Shown here one piece after another: positions 1 through 13,661 of a DNA stretch of 64,000 nt. Both the position numbers and the translations under genes were made by a program. The stretch's first letter is position 1, and each line of letters opens with the position of its first letter. Under the pieces are notes generated by a model that saw only the letters and a program-made list of their open reading frames with translations, made no database searches and was not told the DNA's origin. Source of the stretch: Bispira polyomma (Eukaryota); NCBI GenBank assembly GCA_965649765.1, contig OZ287751.1, positions 63,736,001-63,800,000 of the forward strand, in the 5' to 3' direction.

Positions 1-3000
1 CAGAATAGATAGAGCAAAGTGAGTGTGGAATTGTTCTTAAGTTCTCATAACCTCATACTTAATTCAAACTAATGTTGCTTGAGACAAGAATGTACTGATG
101 TTAATGCTTTCCTATAAAAGCCCCCAGTTTGCAAATATGTTTTAGGGTGTAAATATTGGCAATCAAAGTAATAATATTTTTTGCGATGTTATAATTAATT
201 AATCCAGTAAAAAAGATGCATGTAAATAAGTTAAGAACTGAATAATTAACATACAAGTAAAATGATTAATATACAAGTGCAAAATATTTATTTAACTGAA
301 AAAATAGTATGCCTCTTGATTCTAGAGCTAAGTAAACTGTACAATCTAAACAGGACAAACACTTCATCTTAGAGCAATTAATATTTGGACCAGAAATCTG
401 CACATTACCAAACCACCCACATGTTTATGACATACCAGTTCTCCAATACAATATAAGAATATAACAGGGAGAACATGGTCCCCTCCATCCTTAAGATGTC
501 TGGACAATAAAGGTTGTCTGGACAACGGTCAACGGACAATAGACACAGTGATGGTGCAAGGTTAATCTCCTGTATTTATGAAGTAAATATATACATATAT
601 AGAAACTATTAAGTGTATTTTTACTGATTTCTCTGACGATAAAAACATGTGCAAGTGCTTTGCAAATTCTGCTTTTAAATAAATCTACGTTATTTAATAT
701 TGTATTTTTAGTAACAATATGTCAATACTCTCGCCTAAACATACATGTATTTCCACTCTCAAATAATGTAACAGAGGTATAACAGTCTTTACACAAGAAT
801 AATTGAAACTATATTGAATTACACAAATTTATGCATGCTTAGCAAGAGTGATGATTTACGACAATTGGTGTCGTAAATTGTTTTCCTTGATAAAAATACA
901 TAAGAACGTAACTATTTGAATTTCTTTGCTATGTGTCAGCATAAATAAACAATGTATGTATATGTATGTATCAATGTCAAATCAATGTCAGTGCAAGGCC
1001 ATTGGTGATACTCTATAATAATTATATTAAAAAATAGAGTTATTTATACACAATATTGACCATGATTTTATACTTACCATGATGTAAAATGAGGGTCATG
1101 TGATAATAAAAAGTCGTGGCAACATACAACATATAGGCCTCCGAAAGTAAGGGCTGAAAATGTTGGAATTCTGCTATAAACTATCAACCTCCTCCAGGCA
1201 TGACAATAAACTATCTGGACTCTAATTAAAAGAAATACTATACCAAAAGTGGAGAGAGAATGTGTTTGTGGACAATGGAGGGAAGACAAATATAGAAATT
1301 ATTTTAGTTGAATAAAAGATGAGTAAATGGGTTCTAAAATTGGGGTAACATAAGTAATTAAAAAAAACCTTTCCAAAAATGAAGAAATATTTTTTTAAAC
1401 ATTCAATGGCATGTACTTAATTCCTTAACCCCATCTACCAAAAGAAAAGATGATTAAAAAAGAGATTTGCTAGGTGAATGGAAGCTTAAGTCTTTCAATT
1501 AGATGAATAACTGAAACAAATAAAACAGTTACACTGGCCCCTGATGTGGTTAAGTTAAAACAGCTGTGACTTGTTGACATGAATATTGTAACAGCATATC
1601 ACTCAAGTGGGATTCAATAAACAGAGAAAAAACTAACTTATAGGTTTAGCAGTGGGAAATGTTTCATTATTTACACTTGACATGGCAAAAAACTCCAACA
1701 GGATTTGAACTGTGAAAAAATCAAAGTCATGATTGAAAATTAAAGATAGAAAACTATGCCACATTGTTGTTCAAAAAAGCATAATCAAACACAAAGGTGG
1801 CTAAAGTAGTAGTAATAGGTCGAGAGAGTGTCTGAGAAGAATATCAGACAAAACCTGTTAGACCCTTTTGCACATAGGCGAATTGTCGACAAGCAGCGAC
1901 ATGAAATGTTGTGTTGTCGCAAAAGGTTCTCTCATTGCTTTCTTGATGTCAAACTCAATTATTTTTGTTTTTTTTTCTGTTATCTCCTTGTTGTCTCCAG
2001 TAAAGGCCCAATTGCCATGACCCTGTGGTTTTGCTGTTGTGTCTTTATTGTTTTCTATTGTCGCCAAACCAATAAAAGTAGATGACAGTAAGTGACAAGC
2101 AGGAGACATGAAAGAGACAATGTTGTACAGAAATCACAATAATGTCTCACAGTGGTCTTATCACTGTCGTTGAACAACCCGAAAATAACCAGGTTTGTCA
2201 TACCATTGCCTTATCCTTGCCTCGATGCTGATTCCCTACTATCTCCCTACTGTCTCACTGTGGCCTTATGGCTGTCCTAACTATGTCTCCTAGGGATCGT
2301 CATACTGTCTAAACGATTGTATTGAAAGGCCTCTTTGTTTTTGTTTTTTTTCCCAGGTGACAATGGAGCCAAATAGGCAACTAATTATCTAAACATTTTT
2401 GTTCAAATTTGGTGTCTGAGTGGGACGTCACTTTTAGCTTCTAATTATACTGGTGTTTGTTTATCTATTCTGAGGTGAAGGAACATAAATGCCACCAGAA
2501 AAATATCACAGTTTTTTAAGCAACAAAACTAAACATCTGGGGACATTGTGTCTTACATAAAAAGCAGCAACTCAAATGTTTATCAACTATAATGTTTAAG
2601 AATAGACTACTTTGGAGAACCTCAAATCGTCTTCAAGTGTATAGATAGATGTATATCTTGATTTACAGAGCATCTTCGTCTGTACTGAAGTGAATAACCA
2701 AGTGAAAATAAAAAAAAAAAAATATATCAAAACAATAGTAAAAATGCCGTCAGGAAAGATGATGATATGTGATACACCAGTATCAGCGTTTCCACTTTTT
2801 TGTGGATAATGTTTTTTACATATGCTTTTGGTCATTTACACAGTTAGTGATAGTCAAAAAAGAAATAGAAGAATTTAAAAATAAAATAAGTACCTCATAG
2901 GCAATTAGCAAGACAGCTATTAGCGGATATTAGCTATTAGCAGCAATTAGCAGGTATGTAAACCTGTCTGGAGACTGGAGAACATAGTACTCAACTCAGT

Positions 3001-4752
3001 TTTTTGTAAATGTTGCAATTGAGGCCAAATCAACAGTCAACCATTTATAGATAATGGGACAGTAGTATCTGTGTAAACAAAGGCTTTCTAATTTTTACAA
3101 TAACAATTTTAAAAAATAATATTGGTTTTTCAATATCATACATGACTAACTGTTTTTGTATGTATATATTTCTCCTTTTGCAGTCTAGTATAATTTTTTT
3201 TAAATGTTGTTGATGAAGGTTATTGCCTGAGACTAAGACCATTCTCAGTTCTAGGAATTGCATTCTATCAATATTTGAGAATATGGGCACAGCTGATACA
3301 GTCACAAAGCTTTAAATACAAGATTCCTGGAACATCTGAAAACCCCTTGTTCATCAATTCTATTCATTAAGTTGAAACCTGAACACAAATAACACGATAC
3401 GAGACCACAAACTTTAATAATAAACTGGGAATCTCACACATAGATACTTAACCCTGCTGAGGTAGAACAGTCTACTCGGGGTCCCAATAAACAGAGGGAT
3501 GAAAACGGGAGACAATTAGTTTAAGCAGTAGGGAATCCTGAATTTAGAAATGTCATATCCTGTGTCTCCTTGAGACATTAGAATAATAAAAATGGTTTAA
3601 AGGAGCAAACAGTGGTGTGCTTTTGTAGTCAATGCTGGTTTTCAGTGTTATTATTGTGTGTCTTTATTGTAACATATTTCAAATCAAATTAGCAAGAGGT
3701 GTCTGGCATTAAGGTGACTATGTGTGGTTGCTCCAATAATGTATACTTTATTACCTTGTGTAGTGTCTTGCAGCAGCAATCTTTTTTTGAAAAGTATACT
3801 TTTTTCCTTTAAGATATTAGTATTTTATTGTTGTATTGTACTTTTTATATACATTTTTTAACAAGCTTTAATTGGTGCGAGACTTTTTGTAAACTTCAAC
3901 AATTGAATCAATCAACCAATCATGCGTCCTACATCATAGCTCAGGTCGATGACAATGGCGTGTTTACTTCTTGTGCAAGGATGTTATCCCACCAATGAAA
4001 CTAGCAGCATTAGCAAGAGTCGAATCCACTGGAAATCATGCCACTGGGAGTGGAACCAAGGACCTTTTGATCAGCAGGCCAACTCTCAAAATACTAGGCC
4101 ACTACGGAGGACCATGCAGTTTCTCTGTTAGCTCCTTCAAAAAGTGTTCCTTACCTAAATGCCCGATATCATTCAGATAAATGTTCAGTAGTATTCATTG
4201 CATCCAGCAAATCCTGGATCCAGCAAATCCACTAATAGACTGACTAAAATTCCTCTATCCCCCCTCCTCTGCCACAAAGTTGTGGAGTGTTCAAAACAAT
4301 CTATAGCGAAACTGTGACAGACATGCCGCAAAAGTACCTCCACTAAAACCAACTAATGAGAAACGAAGACATAACCAAACACTGACAAATACCCACTAAT
4401 ACCTTACTAATCACAATGAAAGCTCAATATCTGCTACTAATTGACACTACAACTAGCAACACAACTTGATACTGACGTGAAACATTCCAAAATGAATCAA
4501 ACGTATACCTCTCCGCCCCCTCCCCCCCCCCCAAAAAAAAAAAGCCCTCACGGACACATTTGCGTTGTTTTAAAACATTTTTGTGACGATGCGAATAATG
4601 CTCATGAATATCAATGAAAAGTTCCGAGGCGCTCCTAATGTAGGTTTACCTAAAACAAAGTTGAAACTCATTGATCGATACAAAGACGTTTGTGTTGCAT
4701 TCGTAATGACCATCCATGTAATTATGCCCCTGTTACGCCTCTGTGTTGAAGA

Positions 4753-5010
4753 GGGGGCCGCGGTCGCCTAGTGGTTAGCAAGCATTGCGCTTCACAATCA
4801 CTGGTCTCTCACCTCTGGACGGCGTGAGTTCGAATCCCGTCCATGCCTATGTGGAAAAGGTGGTAGTTCCTTACTGTGGGCTGCTGGTTTCAGTGCAGAG
4901 CCTTGATCAACTGTATGCAGTGTTTTCTCCAGCGTTTCCAACTACCTGTCCTAATATAACCTAAACAAGTACTAGAGTGGACGTTAAATATTCAAATTCA
5001 ATTAAAAAAA
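4753..5010 (+). mobile_element. tRNA-derived SINE, family A
   Basis: A box (TCGCCTAGTGG) and B box (GAGTTCGAATCC). Near-identical copies at 10138, 18125 and 19266. Degenerate 15-bp TSD CTCTGTGTTGAAGAG (4739) / CTCTGCATTAAAGAG (5011). Confidence 0.9.
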
Positions 5011-5377
5011 CTCTGCATTAAAGAGCTTCTACTGTACAACGTTTAAAACGTTCCATAAAGTACCACAAAATGAGTATTCCTTGTGTGAACGTTTTTTGAT
5101 GTCATATTTCATTTCAGAAACATCTACATTTTGTCCTCCGCAACAATTATTTCAAACTGTTAAAAATAATCGTGGGAGAGGTCGCTGTTTCTGTATTCGT
5201 CACAAAATGTTTCACCAAAATAGCACTAAGTAGGAATAATTAAGTAGCTATATCTAGTACTGGATTGTGATAAAGTAACTATTTTTCTTATATTTTGATC
5301 TGAAAACGTCATAAACGTACAATGAACTTACGTATTCCTACTAACTAAAGTTACTGGATGCTTCTGAATGGCCCTTA

Positions 5378-6000
5378 TGTCCTGGTCACACCTTTCTGTT
5401 CTAGGGCTACGTTTGTGACATGTTTTGATAAATTTTGAAATGTTTTGAAACGAAGTAGAAAGTGGGGATCCTTTCTGCCATCGTTATGTGACAGATGATA
5501 TCGTTCCAGAAACGTCTCCGTTTGGTCTGCTGCCACAATTGTTTCAAACAGTTTGACAACTGCCGTTTCTCCACGAAGGCTACATTCATCTCTGTTTGTC
5601 CCGGAACGTTTCCGAAAGTAGCATATACGTATCATAGACATATCAGTAAGTAGCTCTACGTAGTAGTAGGTAGCGAGGAAGTCCCAGTAAGTAGTGATAT
5701 TGTCTCCACACGTTGTATTCGTCATTCTCTAGGTAGCAGAATGAAGCAGAACGCACCAGTAAGTGGAAGTCAATAGCTCCACATAGTAGTAGGTAACAAT
5801 ATCCTACCAGTCAAAGGTTCCTTTTTTTGCCCCCGCTCCGTGTGTATAAGTACCAATATCATCATGAAACGTCAGAAAATGTCACAATTGACTCCCTCTT
5901 TACGAAAACAACGTCACTTTGACACGAAGCTACCACATTTTCAGTTTATATTGCTTTGCTACGTTGTGAGACGTTAGCACATGTAGGTGTGACCAGGCCA
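5378..6000. mobile_element. Harbinger/Tourist-type MITE
   Basis: TIR TGTCCTGGTCACACCT ... AGGTGTGACCAGGCCA with TTA TSD (5375-5377, 6001-6003). Related copies near 13120-13661 and 62590-63075. Confidence 0.85.
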
Positions 6001-6967
6001 TTACGAGGCCAAAAACTGAAAATGACATCATCATACACAAGTTTTTCACTACGCTACTCAGTGCTACGTTTCAAACATAACTTTAGACATTATGGAACGA
6101 TTCACTGTGTAGGTGTGACCGCGCCAAAAATAACTCCCCCGCGCCCCCCCCCCATTTGTCCGTCTCCCTGGCTGTCCCTTAATTTTTTATTTTTGCCTAA
6201 CCCTTTTTGGTTTAGTGCTCTAGGGTCCTGTACCTGCAAACGCTTAAATTACGTTTCATTAGATACGTACATTTAATACAGGTTAGCAATGAATGTCTTC
6301 CAGTAAGTTATCTAGCTGTGTTTGTAGTACTGGAGTGTGACTAAAGCCTGACTTTTACCTTAGAATAAAAAAAAACAACAGCAAAACACACTGTATGTTA
6401 TAAAATATATAGGATTTTGGTTTGTTTGTTGTCTTTTTTGTAGTAAGTTGCCATTAGTTACAAATATAGGCAAATTCGTTACATCAAACATGTAATATTA
6501 TTTATAGAGTGTAAATATTGGTATTTAATAATCACCACAAATATGTGGTATTTAAGAGTCACTACACCCATAAAGCTGTATTTTACACATGCAATGAAAG
6601 CTTCCATGGCTTTCCATACAGTAAATTTATCCTTATATTTAATAACTTGCTGAAAAGGTTTGTTGCTTTACTGTCATATACAGCTGGTGTATGTTCATGC
6701 CTCTTTATTAAAATAGGGGTTTTATTAAAATGCCCCCCCTCCCCTCCTTAAAATTTGTTTTTGTTTAGTTGTGTGTGTTGTAGAATATTGAATAAAAAGA
6801 AAAAAAAAGAGCAGCACATTGTCAGTACGACTCCTCTTCTCAAAAGGCTCAATTGGCTACCTGTCAAGTGCTGCATCAATGTCCAGACCAATTTGTAAGC
6901 TGTAAACCTTTGCCAGTTCCCAGATCTTGCCTCACTGTTGTCTTTCAGCAGGTCTACCAGGGGGAAC

Positions 6968-7262
6968 ACAATCTCAGTCTCTGATACCAGCACTAGTAAA
7001 CGAATTGGATTCTATGCCTTCTCTGTTACAGCACCTACCTTATGAAATCCTTTACTAACCAATATAAGATCCCAGGAAACTCCTTCTGGCTTTAAAAGTA
7101 ACCTTAAGACTCATTTCTTCACCCATACTTACCCTACAAAGATTTCTTTCTCCTCTACGTCATCCCCGATCGAGAATATTCATTGCAAACGGACTACGAT
7201 TTTATCAACTTTGTCAAAGATGTTGCACTTTAGAAAATGCTTGGCATATATCATATCATCAC
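6968..7262 (+). mobile_element. L2/CR1-group LINE 3' fragment
   Basis: Degenerate ORF2 end (..AFSVTAPTL*N..FKSNLKTHFF..) followed by the family 3' UTR (GTTGCACTTTAGAAAATGCTTGGCAT) shared with other copies. Confidence 0.75.
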
Positions 7263-7424
7263 ATTTATAGATTCCTTAATGTAATGCCACTTTATCAAAT
7301 ACCAGGTGTTTGTCCTTATTTGGTGTCAGTGCATTTTTACAATTTGCTTCCAGGTTTTTTTTTTACCTTGATTAAACAAAGGGGTGATTTTTAGAGTCAT
7401 TTGTCTGAATACATAGTAAAAGAC

Positions 7425-7457
7425 CACACACACACACCCAAAGCAACACACACACAG

Positions 7458-7535
<78 letters not shown>

Positions 7536-7547
7536 CCAAACACACAT
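7425..7547. repeat. (CA)n microsatellite
   Basis: Pure CA run ~7460-7534 with interrupted flanks. Confidence 0.97.
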
Positions 7548-8960
7548 ACAACATATAAAAGATTTTCCCCTCCGTGTGAGTGAGGCAGAAATCACTGGAG
7601 CTGTGAGTAAAGCTAATGAAAATATCACAAGATACAAAGGGATTTGAGAAACTTGACATAGGAGACTGAGTTTACTGATTTGTGCTGTGTTGGTGTGGAC
7701 TTGTTATAGTGTAGATTCAGTAGCAGGATTTGTTTGAGATTTAATTGCAATAAAAGTAACTTAACATTTGAAAAAGAAAACTGTTGCGTTTGGTGTTTTG
7801 ATGAATATGTACGAATACACTATGCAGACTAAATGAAGGAATATAATACATTGATATTTTAGTGTTAGTTTTGTTTCATTAAAAACTTCATCAATATTAT
7901 GGTGGTGATTCTGGCTCATGAAAGGACATTTGAAAAGTTAAAACCTCTTACAAAAAACTACAGTTATGGGAAAATACTAATTGAAATATTAAGCGTTGTA
8001 CACAAACTGGACAGCTATAGCAAATTCATAATTGTAGATAATAGTGTCGTACAAGAAAAACTACACCATTATTATAAAAGAGAAAGCAATATGACCTATG
8101 AAAACCATTAACAATAATATATATAAGACAATAGCGATGATTCAAAAGTATGACAGTCACAAAATGCAATTAGAATACATCCTTATCTGATTAAGATGCA
8201 CCTTATCTTATCTGATTTAGGTGATAGGTTTTGTTTGTGTTGCAAAAAAAGGAATTTTCAGGTAAGTTAATGTAAAACAGTGTTGTTAAAAATAATAGAC
8301 CTGAAGAATCGTTTAAATTGACTTTTGACTGTTTGTTGCTCTTTAGAATATGCCTCGCAGGAATAAGGTGTGCTAGTCACAGAAGAATTGCATACAATAC
8401 AAATAGATTTCTGTTAAAACTATTCTTGTTTTGGTTATGTTCAAATTGTTATTCTCAAAATTAAGCTGTAAAATATTGTAAACTGAAGATTTAATGGATA
8501 TTTAAATTCGGATCCTTCCCTCCCTTTTGGTAAACTTAATGAGTGGTTACTTGGTTGATATACCCTTAGTTGTTGTTCCCCTCATCTTGGTCAAGTGTGT
8601 GGCGTCTGTTAAGGCAGTTGGGATAATTTAATGCAAAATACAATGCATTAGTCAGGTATGTATTTAAACAGACTGTGAGGATCCGTCGGTGGTCACAACG
8701 GACATATGCAGGGTGAAGAATACCCTTTTAAAGAATTTTTTCCCATGGAAAACATAAGACTAAATGATCAAATGTGTGAACATATCACAATATATTCTAA
8801 AAGTGGACATCGCCGCCCCCAAACCCCCACCACCCCCGCCTCTCCAATCCTTACAAAATCCTGGGTCCACCTCTGGGATCCTCAGTTTGTAATCTGATCC
8901 TATTCAATTAAAGGATTTTGTATTGCTCAATAAATTTGATAAAGACCATCTTTTTCTGAC

Positions 8961-9214
8961 CCTCCAAAAAAGTGCTGGTTCATTAAATTGTAAAAAAAAA
9001 AGAGTTGTCACTTTAAAAAGTGCTTGACCGTGGGAAAGTGGCTTACTTTGTTGGTAAAGAGGGTAGACATAGCCTGAATAAAGTAATGAGGGTGTACTAT
9101 TTATAGATGTAGGACATTTTGTGGACACCTCGTGTTTCAAGTACTTTTGAGTGGATATCCAAACCTCTGCACAATGTGATGTAAAACATGTTGTTGGCTA
9201 AGTTTACTCTTCCA
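8961..9214 (+). repeat. Local duplicated segment, copy 1 (copy 2 at 10426-10653)
   Basis: CTCCAAAAAGTGCT..TTCATTAAATTGTAAAAAA ... GTTGGCTAAGTTTACTCTTCCAT occurs in both places, diverged and with indels. Confidence 0.8.
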
Positions 9215-9216
9215 TG

Positions 9217-9762
9217 TTATTATTATTATTATTATAGATTTTTACCGCGCTTTATTGATGCTAGACATCTTCTAAAGCGCAACAGCAGAATCATTGGTCC
9301 AATCATTAAGTCCATGGACATTGCAAAGTCGTAAGGAGGGAAGTGGGAGCGTGCACGAGGAAAGCTAAGGTGGGTAGGCAAGATTAAAAAGATAGGTTTT
9401 AAGCTTTTTCCTAAAACCGATAAGTGTGTCAACTGATCTGAGGTCAACTGGGAGACTGTTCCATAACCGTGGAGCTGCAGTGGAGAACGCTCTGAAACCC
9501 GCCTTTCTGATTGGTCTGACAGAAGTGACAGAGAGTCTGTTGCCTCTCTTGCGGTTACTGAAGGAAAGAAGGGAGGCAAGGTAGGGGGGGGGCTGTTGAG
9601 TGACTACAGCCTTAAAAGTGGTAACGTGAATTTTATACAAAGTTCAAGAGTTAATGGGCAGCCAGTGTAATTTTTTGAGGTAAGGAGTGACGTCTGTGCG
9701 ACAACCAAGGCGAAAAATGACCCTACATAGGTAGTTTTGGATGGACTGGAGCTTTTTAATGT
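9217..9762 (-). mobile_element. L2-clade LINE 3' fragment (ORF2 C-terminus, 3' UTR, (AAT)n tail)
   Basis: Minus strand encodes LQSIQNYLCRVIF..PYLKKLHWLP..RAFSTAAPRLWNSLP..FRKKLKTYLF. Terminal stem-loop GCGCTTTA..TAAAGCGC; (AAT)n tail at 9217-9233. Confidence 0.9.
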
Positions 9763-9800
9763 GTGACTTGTTTGCTCCGTACAAGAGAGAATTATATCAG

Positions 9801-9804
<4 letters not shown>

Positions 9805-9842
<38 letters not shown>
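9805..9842. repeat. (AT)n microsatellite
   Basis: Pure AT run. Confidence 0.95.
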
Positions 9843-9844
<2 letters not shown>

Positions 9845-10137
9845 CGACCGACACCAGCAGATATCAGGCCAATATTTTTATTAATCCCGATACTGACAGT
9901 AGATTAGTCACTTTTGTGTGTCGGATGAGATGTTGGGCATTTTTGACGTGCTGAAGCTTTACCTGTAAAATTCTGGTAATTATACTTTGGGTTCTTTTCT
10001 GTCACTGTACTGGTTTTATTCAGTACAGACAAAAAACAACTTTTCAAGGTTTTGGAACTAATATTCAGATAAATGCTCTTCTTGTGAGACAAGGAATCAA
10101 TAAAGGTAATCCTATATCTGTTTTTAAAGATAATAGA

Positions 10138-10389
10138 ATTTGAATTTGGATATTTAACGTCCACTCTAGTACCTTTTAGTAGGTTATATTGGGACGAGTG
10201 GTTGGAAACGCTGGAGGAAACACTGCATACAGTCGGTCAAGGTTCTGCACTGAAACCAGTGGCCTACAGTAAGGAAGTACCACCTTTTACACACAGGCAT
10301 CGACGGGATTCGAACTCACGCCGCCCAGAGGTGAGAGACCAGTGATTGTGAAGCGCAATGCTTGCTAACCACTAGGCCACCGCAGCCCC
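10138..10389 (-). mobile_element. tRNA-derived SINE, family A, full length
   Basis: Reverse complement of the 4753 SINE. Perfect 15-bp TSD TTTAAAGATAATAGA at 10123-10137 and 10390-10404. Confidence 0.95.
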
Positions 10390-10425
10390 TTTAAAGATAA
10401 TAGACATATACTGCAAAAATTTTAC

Positions 10426-10653
10426 TCCAAAAAGTGCTAGTTCATTAAATTGTAAAAAAGGAGTTTTTGGGTAAAGAGGGTCGACCCATCCTGAATGAAG
10501 TAGGTTTTTCAATTGACTTACAAACTAATGAGGGTGCCCTTTATACATGTGGGACACCTTGTGCACACCTCATGTTTCAAGTGCTTTGAATTGCTATCTA
10601 AACATCTTCGCACTGTGATGTAAAACCTGTTGTTGGCTAAGTTTACTCTTCCA
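10426..10653 (+). repeat. Local duplicated segment, copy 2
   Basis: Collinear with 8961-9214. Confidence 0.8.
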
Positions 10654-12781
10654 TATGTCAGATATAAATATACATAGATATGTATTCTTATAAAGATAAG
10701 CTCTTTGTGAATGTGAAAAAAGAAAATATACTCCATTTTACAAAATATTTAGTATCTATTTACAGCAAACGGAAAACCTTTGAGCTTCTGTCAAGTGTTT
10801 AGTTCTAAACCTGAACACCTGATCACGAAAATAGCAGAAGTCTGGTTACCAACGTACTAGACCTTATCTGATAACCAAAAGTCAGATTGAGTTACACATG
10901 TAGGTTGTTCTTCTCAATGTCAATTTTTGATTTAAGTTTCTTCTACTTTTTATTTAATTTTGGCAAGATAATATACACAGCATACCATTTGTTATCTCAT
11001 CCAATGAGGTCATGTTTTCCTATGTGTCTGTTGATTAGGTAGGAAGTTACTTTATCATCGGAGTTGTACTGCAATTTTAATGGAATGAAAGCGAAGGGGC
11101 ATGTGGCCAAGAGAGGCTACATTAATTGGTTTGGAGTAGATAAATGAGGAAAATGGGTGATTATTTACTCACTGCTATGTGTTACTGGAAATTTAAAGGA
11201 ATCTCTTAAACCCACCTTTCCCCACGGTGAAATTTTAGAAGTGTGCAATAAATTAATGTAATCTCTTTAACTGACCGTTTTATATACATCCAGTGGGATG
11301 CATGCACAGTGTGTTCTGCACTGGATATCTGTTGTGTGTGTACAGTTTAATAACACTGCATAACTCATATATACACACTGGTATTGTAAAATGGAAAGGA
11401 ATTACTATTTTCACTCAAAGATTCTATGTTCCGCTGTAGTACAATAATATCAGTACTAATAACAATGAAAATTAAAAGAAAGAAATAAACCCTGTAAAAC
11501 TTCATTGTGCAAGGTACTATGCATAATACATTACATGCCTATTATTTTTTTGACACTTCAAACAATCATATTCATAACCATTTAAATTTAATAATAAAGT
11601 AATATTTCCATTAATTGATAAAAAGATTTCTGTTAAAATAAATGGTATCAATGATGAAAAAGAACATTCGAATGGGATGGGACTTTCTGACAGTCCATGA
11701 GCCTAGGTAAAGGCTAGTAAAGATAGAGGAGTTTGTAAAAGTTGTTTGTTCCAACAGTGAACAGTGATGTCATATGCCATTGATTTTTTTTGTAGCAGTC
11801 CGATATCCAATACTTTCTTAATAAATCAGTGCTGATTTGCAATACCAGATAGCTTCCCTACACAATGAATGCATCTGCAGTGTGGAAGTGAAGCCAAAAA
11901 AATTCTTTCAAGGAATTTACTTGTTTTTGAGTAAAATTTAAAAAAAAAAAAAAAATCACCTACTTATGACAAATCGTAAACTAAATGTTTAAACTCAAAT
12001 CCCAGGAGCCTTTTTTTAGTCTTCAACTTAAAGTGTTGGTCTGAAATATTTAAAAGGATACCTGATGTTATTTTTAGCATTTAGAGCACAGTGAACACAC
12101 AGTTAAGGGCTAAGAAAGAAATCCTAAACTTTTGGGGGGTCTAGGTTCCGATCAAATATCTTATATATCAAAAATATTGTTTCCATCTACGCATGACACG
12201 TTGTCCCTATATATACATCCCTAATCCACCCGTCATGGAGGCAAGATATATTTATTTGATAACATACACCGTTTTTTAAGGTATAAATTTCTAATTTGTT
12301 ATCTTATTTTGATGAATATTTCACACAACTTGCAGTGTCGGTATCTATCAAAAATCGCTAACGGAGGATGATCTACATTTGTGTATGGGAACACTCTAAA
12401 AAGAAATATATATAAGGAGCAACAATTTTTGAATGCAAACGTGTGACATATTATGGATGACTTTATAACGTGTGTATGGAGAAAGAATGCATAAAATACA
12501 AAGACTTTTCACCATTCAGTTTTATTAGAGCTTTTAACAACTCAAATATGCAAGCAGATTCTATGACATCCACTAATCCACATTTGTACGGTGGAAACCA
12601 ATTTCCATGTAATTAGTTGGAGGGCTAGGCCATGGACTAAGGTAGACTCCACCAAATTTTCAAAATAGCAAGTTCCAGGTTTATTTTTATTTTTGGTACT
12701 GTGGTGCCTGGACAAGGTAGGTATGCACTCTACTAGGTGCCCATTTAGTTATATATAACATGGCATTCCAAAGAGGGACAA

Positions 12782-12990
12782 GGGGTCGTGATGGCCTAGT
12801 GGTTAAAACCACCTGCTTCATAATCACTGGTCTCTCACCAGTGTGAGTTTGAATCCTGTTTGTTCATTTATTTGGTAAAGTTTGTCGGGTTACTTGACCA
12901 AGTATGTCATGATTGCTTCCACCAATAAAACTGGCTGTCGTAATATATGACCTGAGCTGTGGAATAAACTAAAATTTAAACTAAATTTAA
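12782..12990 (+). mobile_element. tRNA-derived SINE, family B
   Basis: TGGCCTAGTGG and GAGTTTGAATCC boxes; head shared with family A. Body AAAGTTTGTC..TCCACCAATAAAACTGGCTGTCGTAATAT; inverted relative at ~56640-56900. Confidence 0.8.
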
Positions 12991-13119
12991 CAGGACAGAG
13001 TTCATTAATAATTAAACAGAGCTGACTATTGGTACAATGTGTACACTGTTTCCACTGTTTGCAAGTGAAATTCCCCAGGCGCCAACTTCAAAAAAGGCGT
13101 GTGTGTGACGGGTGTGGGA

Positions 13120-13661
13120 CGTTTTCAATTGTTTAGAAATTTAGTACAGACGTAGCAGAAAGTAATGCCAAAGTGAGGATCCCTGGTGTGTTCGTTTCCG
13201 GATGTTGCTTAACCGATGATATTGTTTCAGAAACGTCTCCACTTAGTCTGCTACCATGATTATCTAAAACTGTTTGAAATAATCGGGACAGAGCTCTCCA
13301 TTTCTCAAGGACATCTCCAGTCATCTGTGTAAGTAGCAGTAAGTAGTGATTCGTCTCCACTCGTCTGTACTCGTCGTGGAACGTTTCACAAAGCATCATA
13401 ACGCACCAGAACGCTGCCGTAAGTAGAAACACAGTAGTGCTACAAAGTAGTAAGTAATGATATCCTACCAGTAAAGTTTTCGTTTTTTTTCTTCCGCTTC
13501 GGGTGTATAAGTACCAACATCGTCACAAAAACGTCACAAAACGTCATAATTGACTGAACCTTTGTCAAAATGACGACACTTTGACACAAAACTACCCCTT
13601 TTTTAGATATATTGCTTTGCTACGTTATGGGACGATAGCATGTGTAGTTGTGACTGGGCTA
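13120..13661. mobile_element. Harbinger-type MITE (5378 family); left end unclear
   Basis: Shares ATATCCTACCAGT..GTGTATAAGTACCAA..TTGCTTTGCTACGTT with 5378-6000. Right TIR GTTGTGACTGGGCTA|TTA. Confidence 0.75.

Larger units (their letters stand above)
4727..6126. mobile_element. Putative old outer Harbinger-type MITE hosting a SINE and a younger MITE
   Basis: Left end TTA|TGCCCCTGTTACGCCT resembles the reverse complement of the right end AGGTGTGACCGCGCCA. 5040-5115 shows patchy inverted similarity to 6004-6100 (CGTTCCATAA, TGAGTA, TGATGTCAT). Confidence 0.4.

Noticed and set aside
1000-4200. Short ORFs across AT-rich regions
   Set aside because: Mostly non-ATG starts, no domains and no codon bias; consistent with chance or very old repeats.
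4753-4845. Genuine tRNA genes at the SINE heads
   Set aside because: A and B boxes are present, but the heads are attached to shared bodies and tails, some with TSDs, and I could not fold a canonical cloverleaf.
7326-7659. Signal-peptide-like stretch LYLVIFSLALLTAPVISASLTRR and CV/HT-repeat ORFs
   Set aside because: No in-frame ATG, no GT donor after it, and the ORF length comes from the (CA)n microsatellite.
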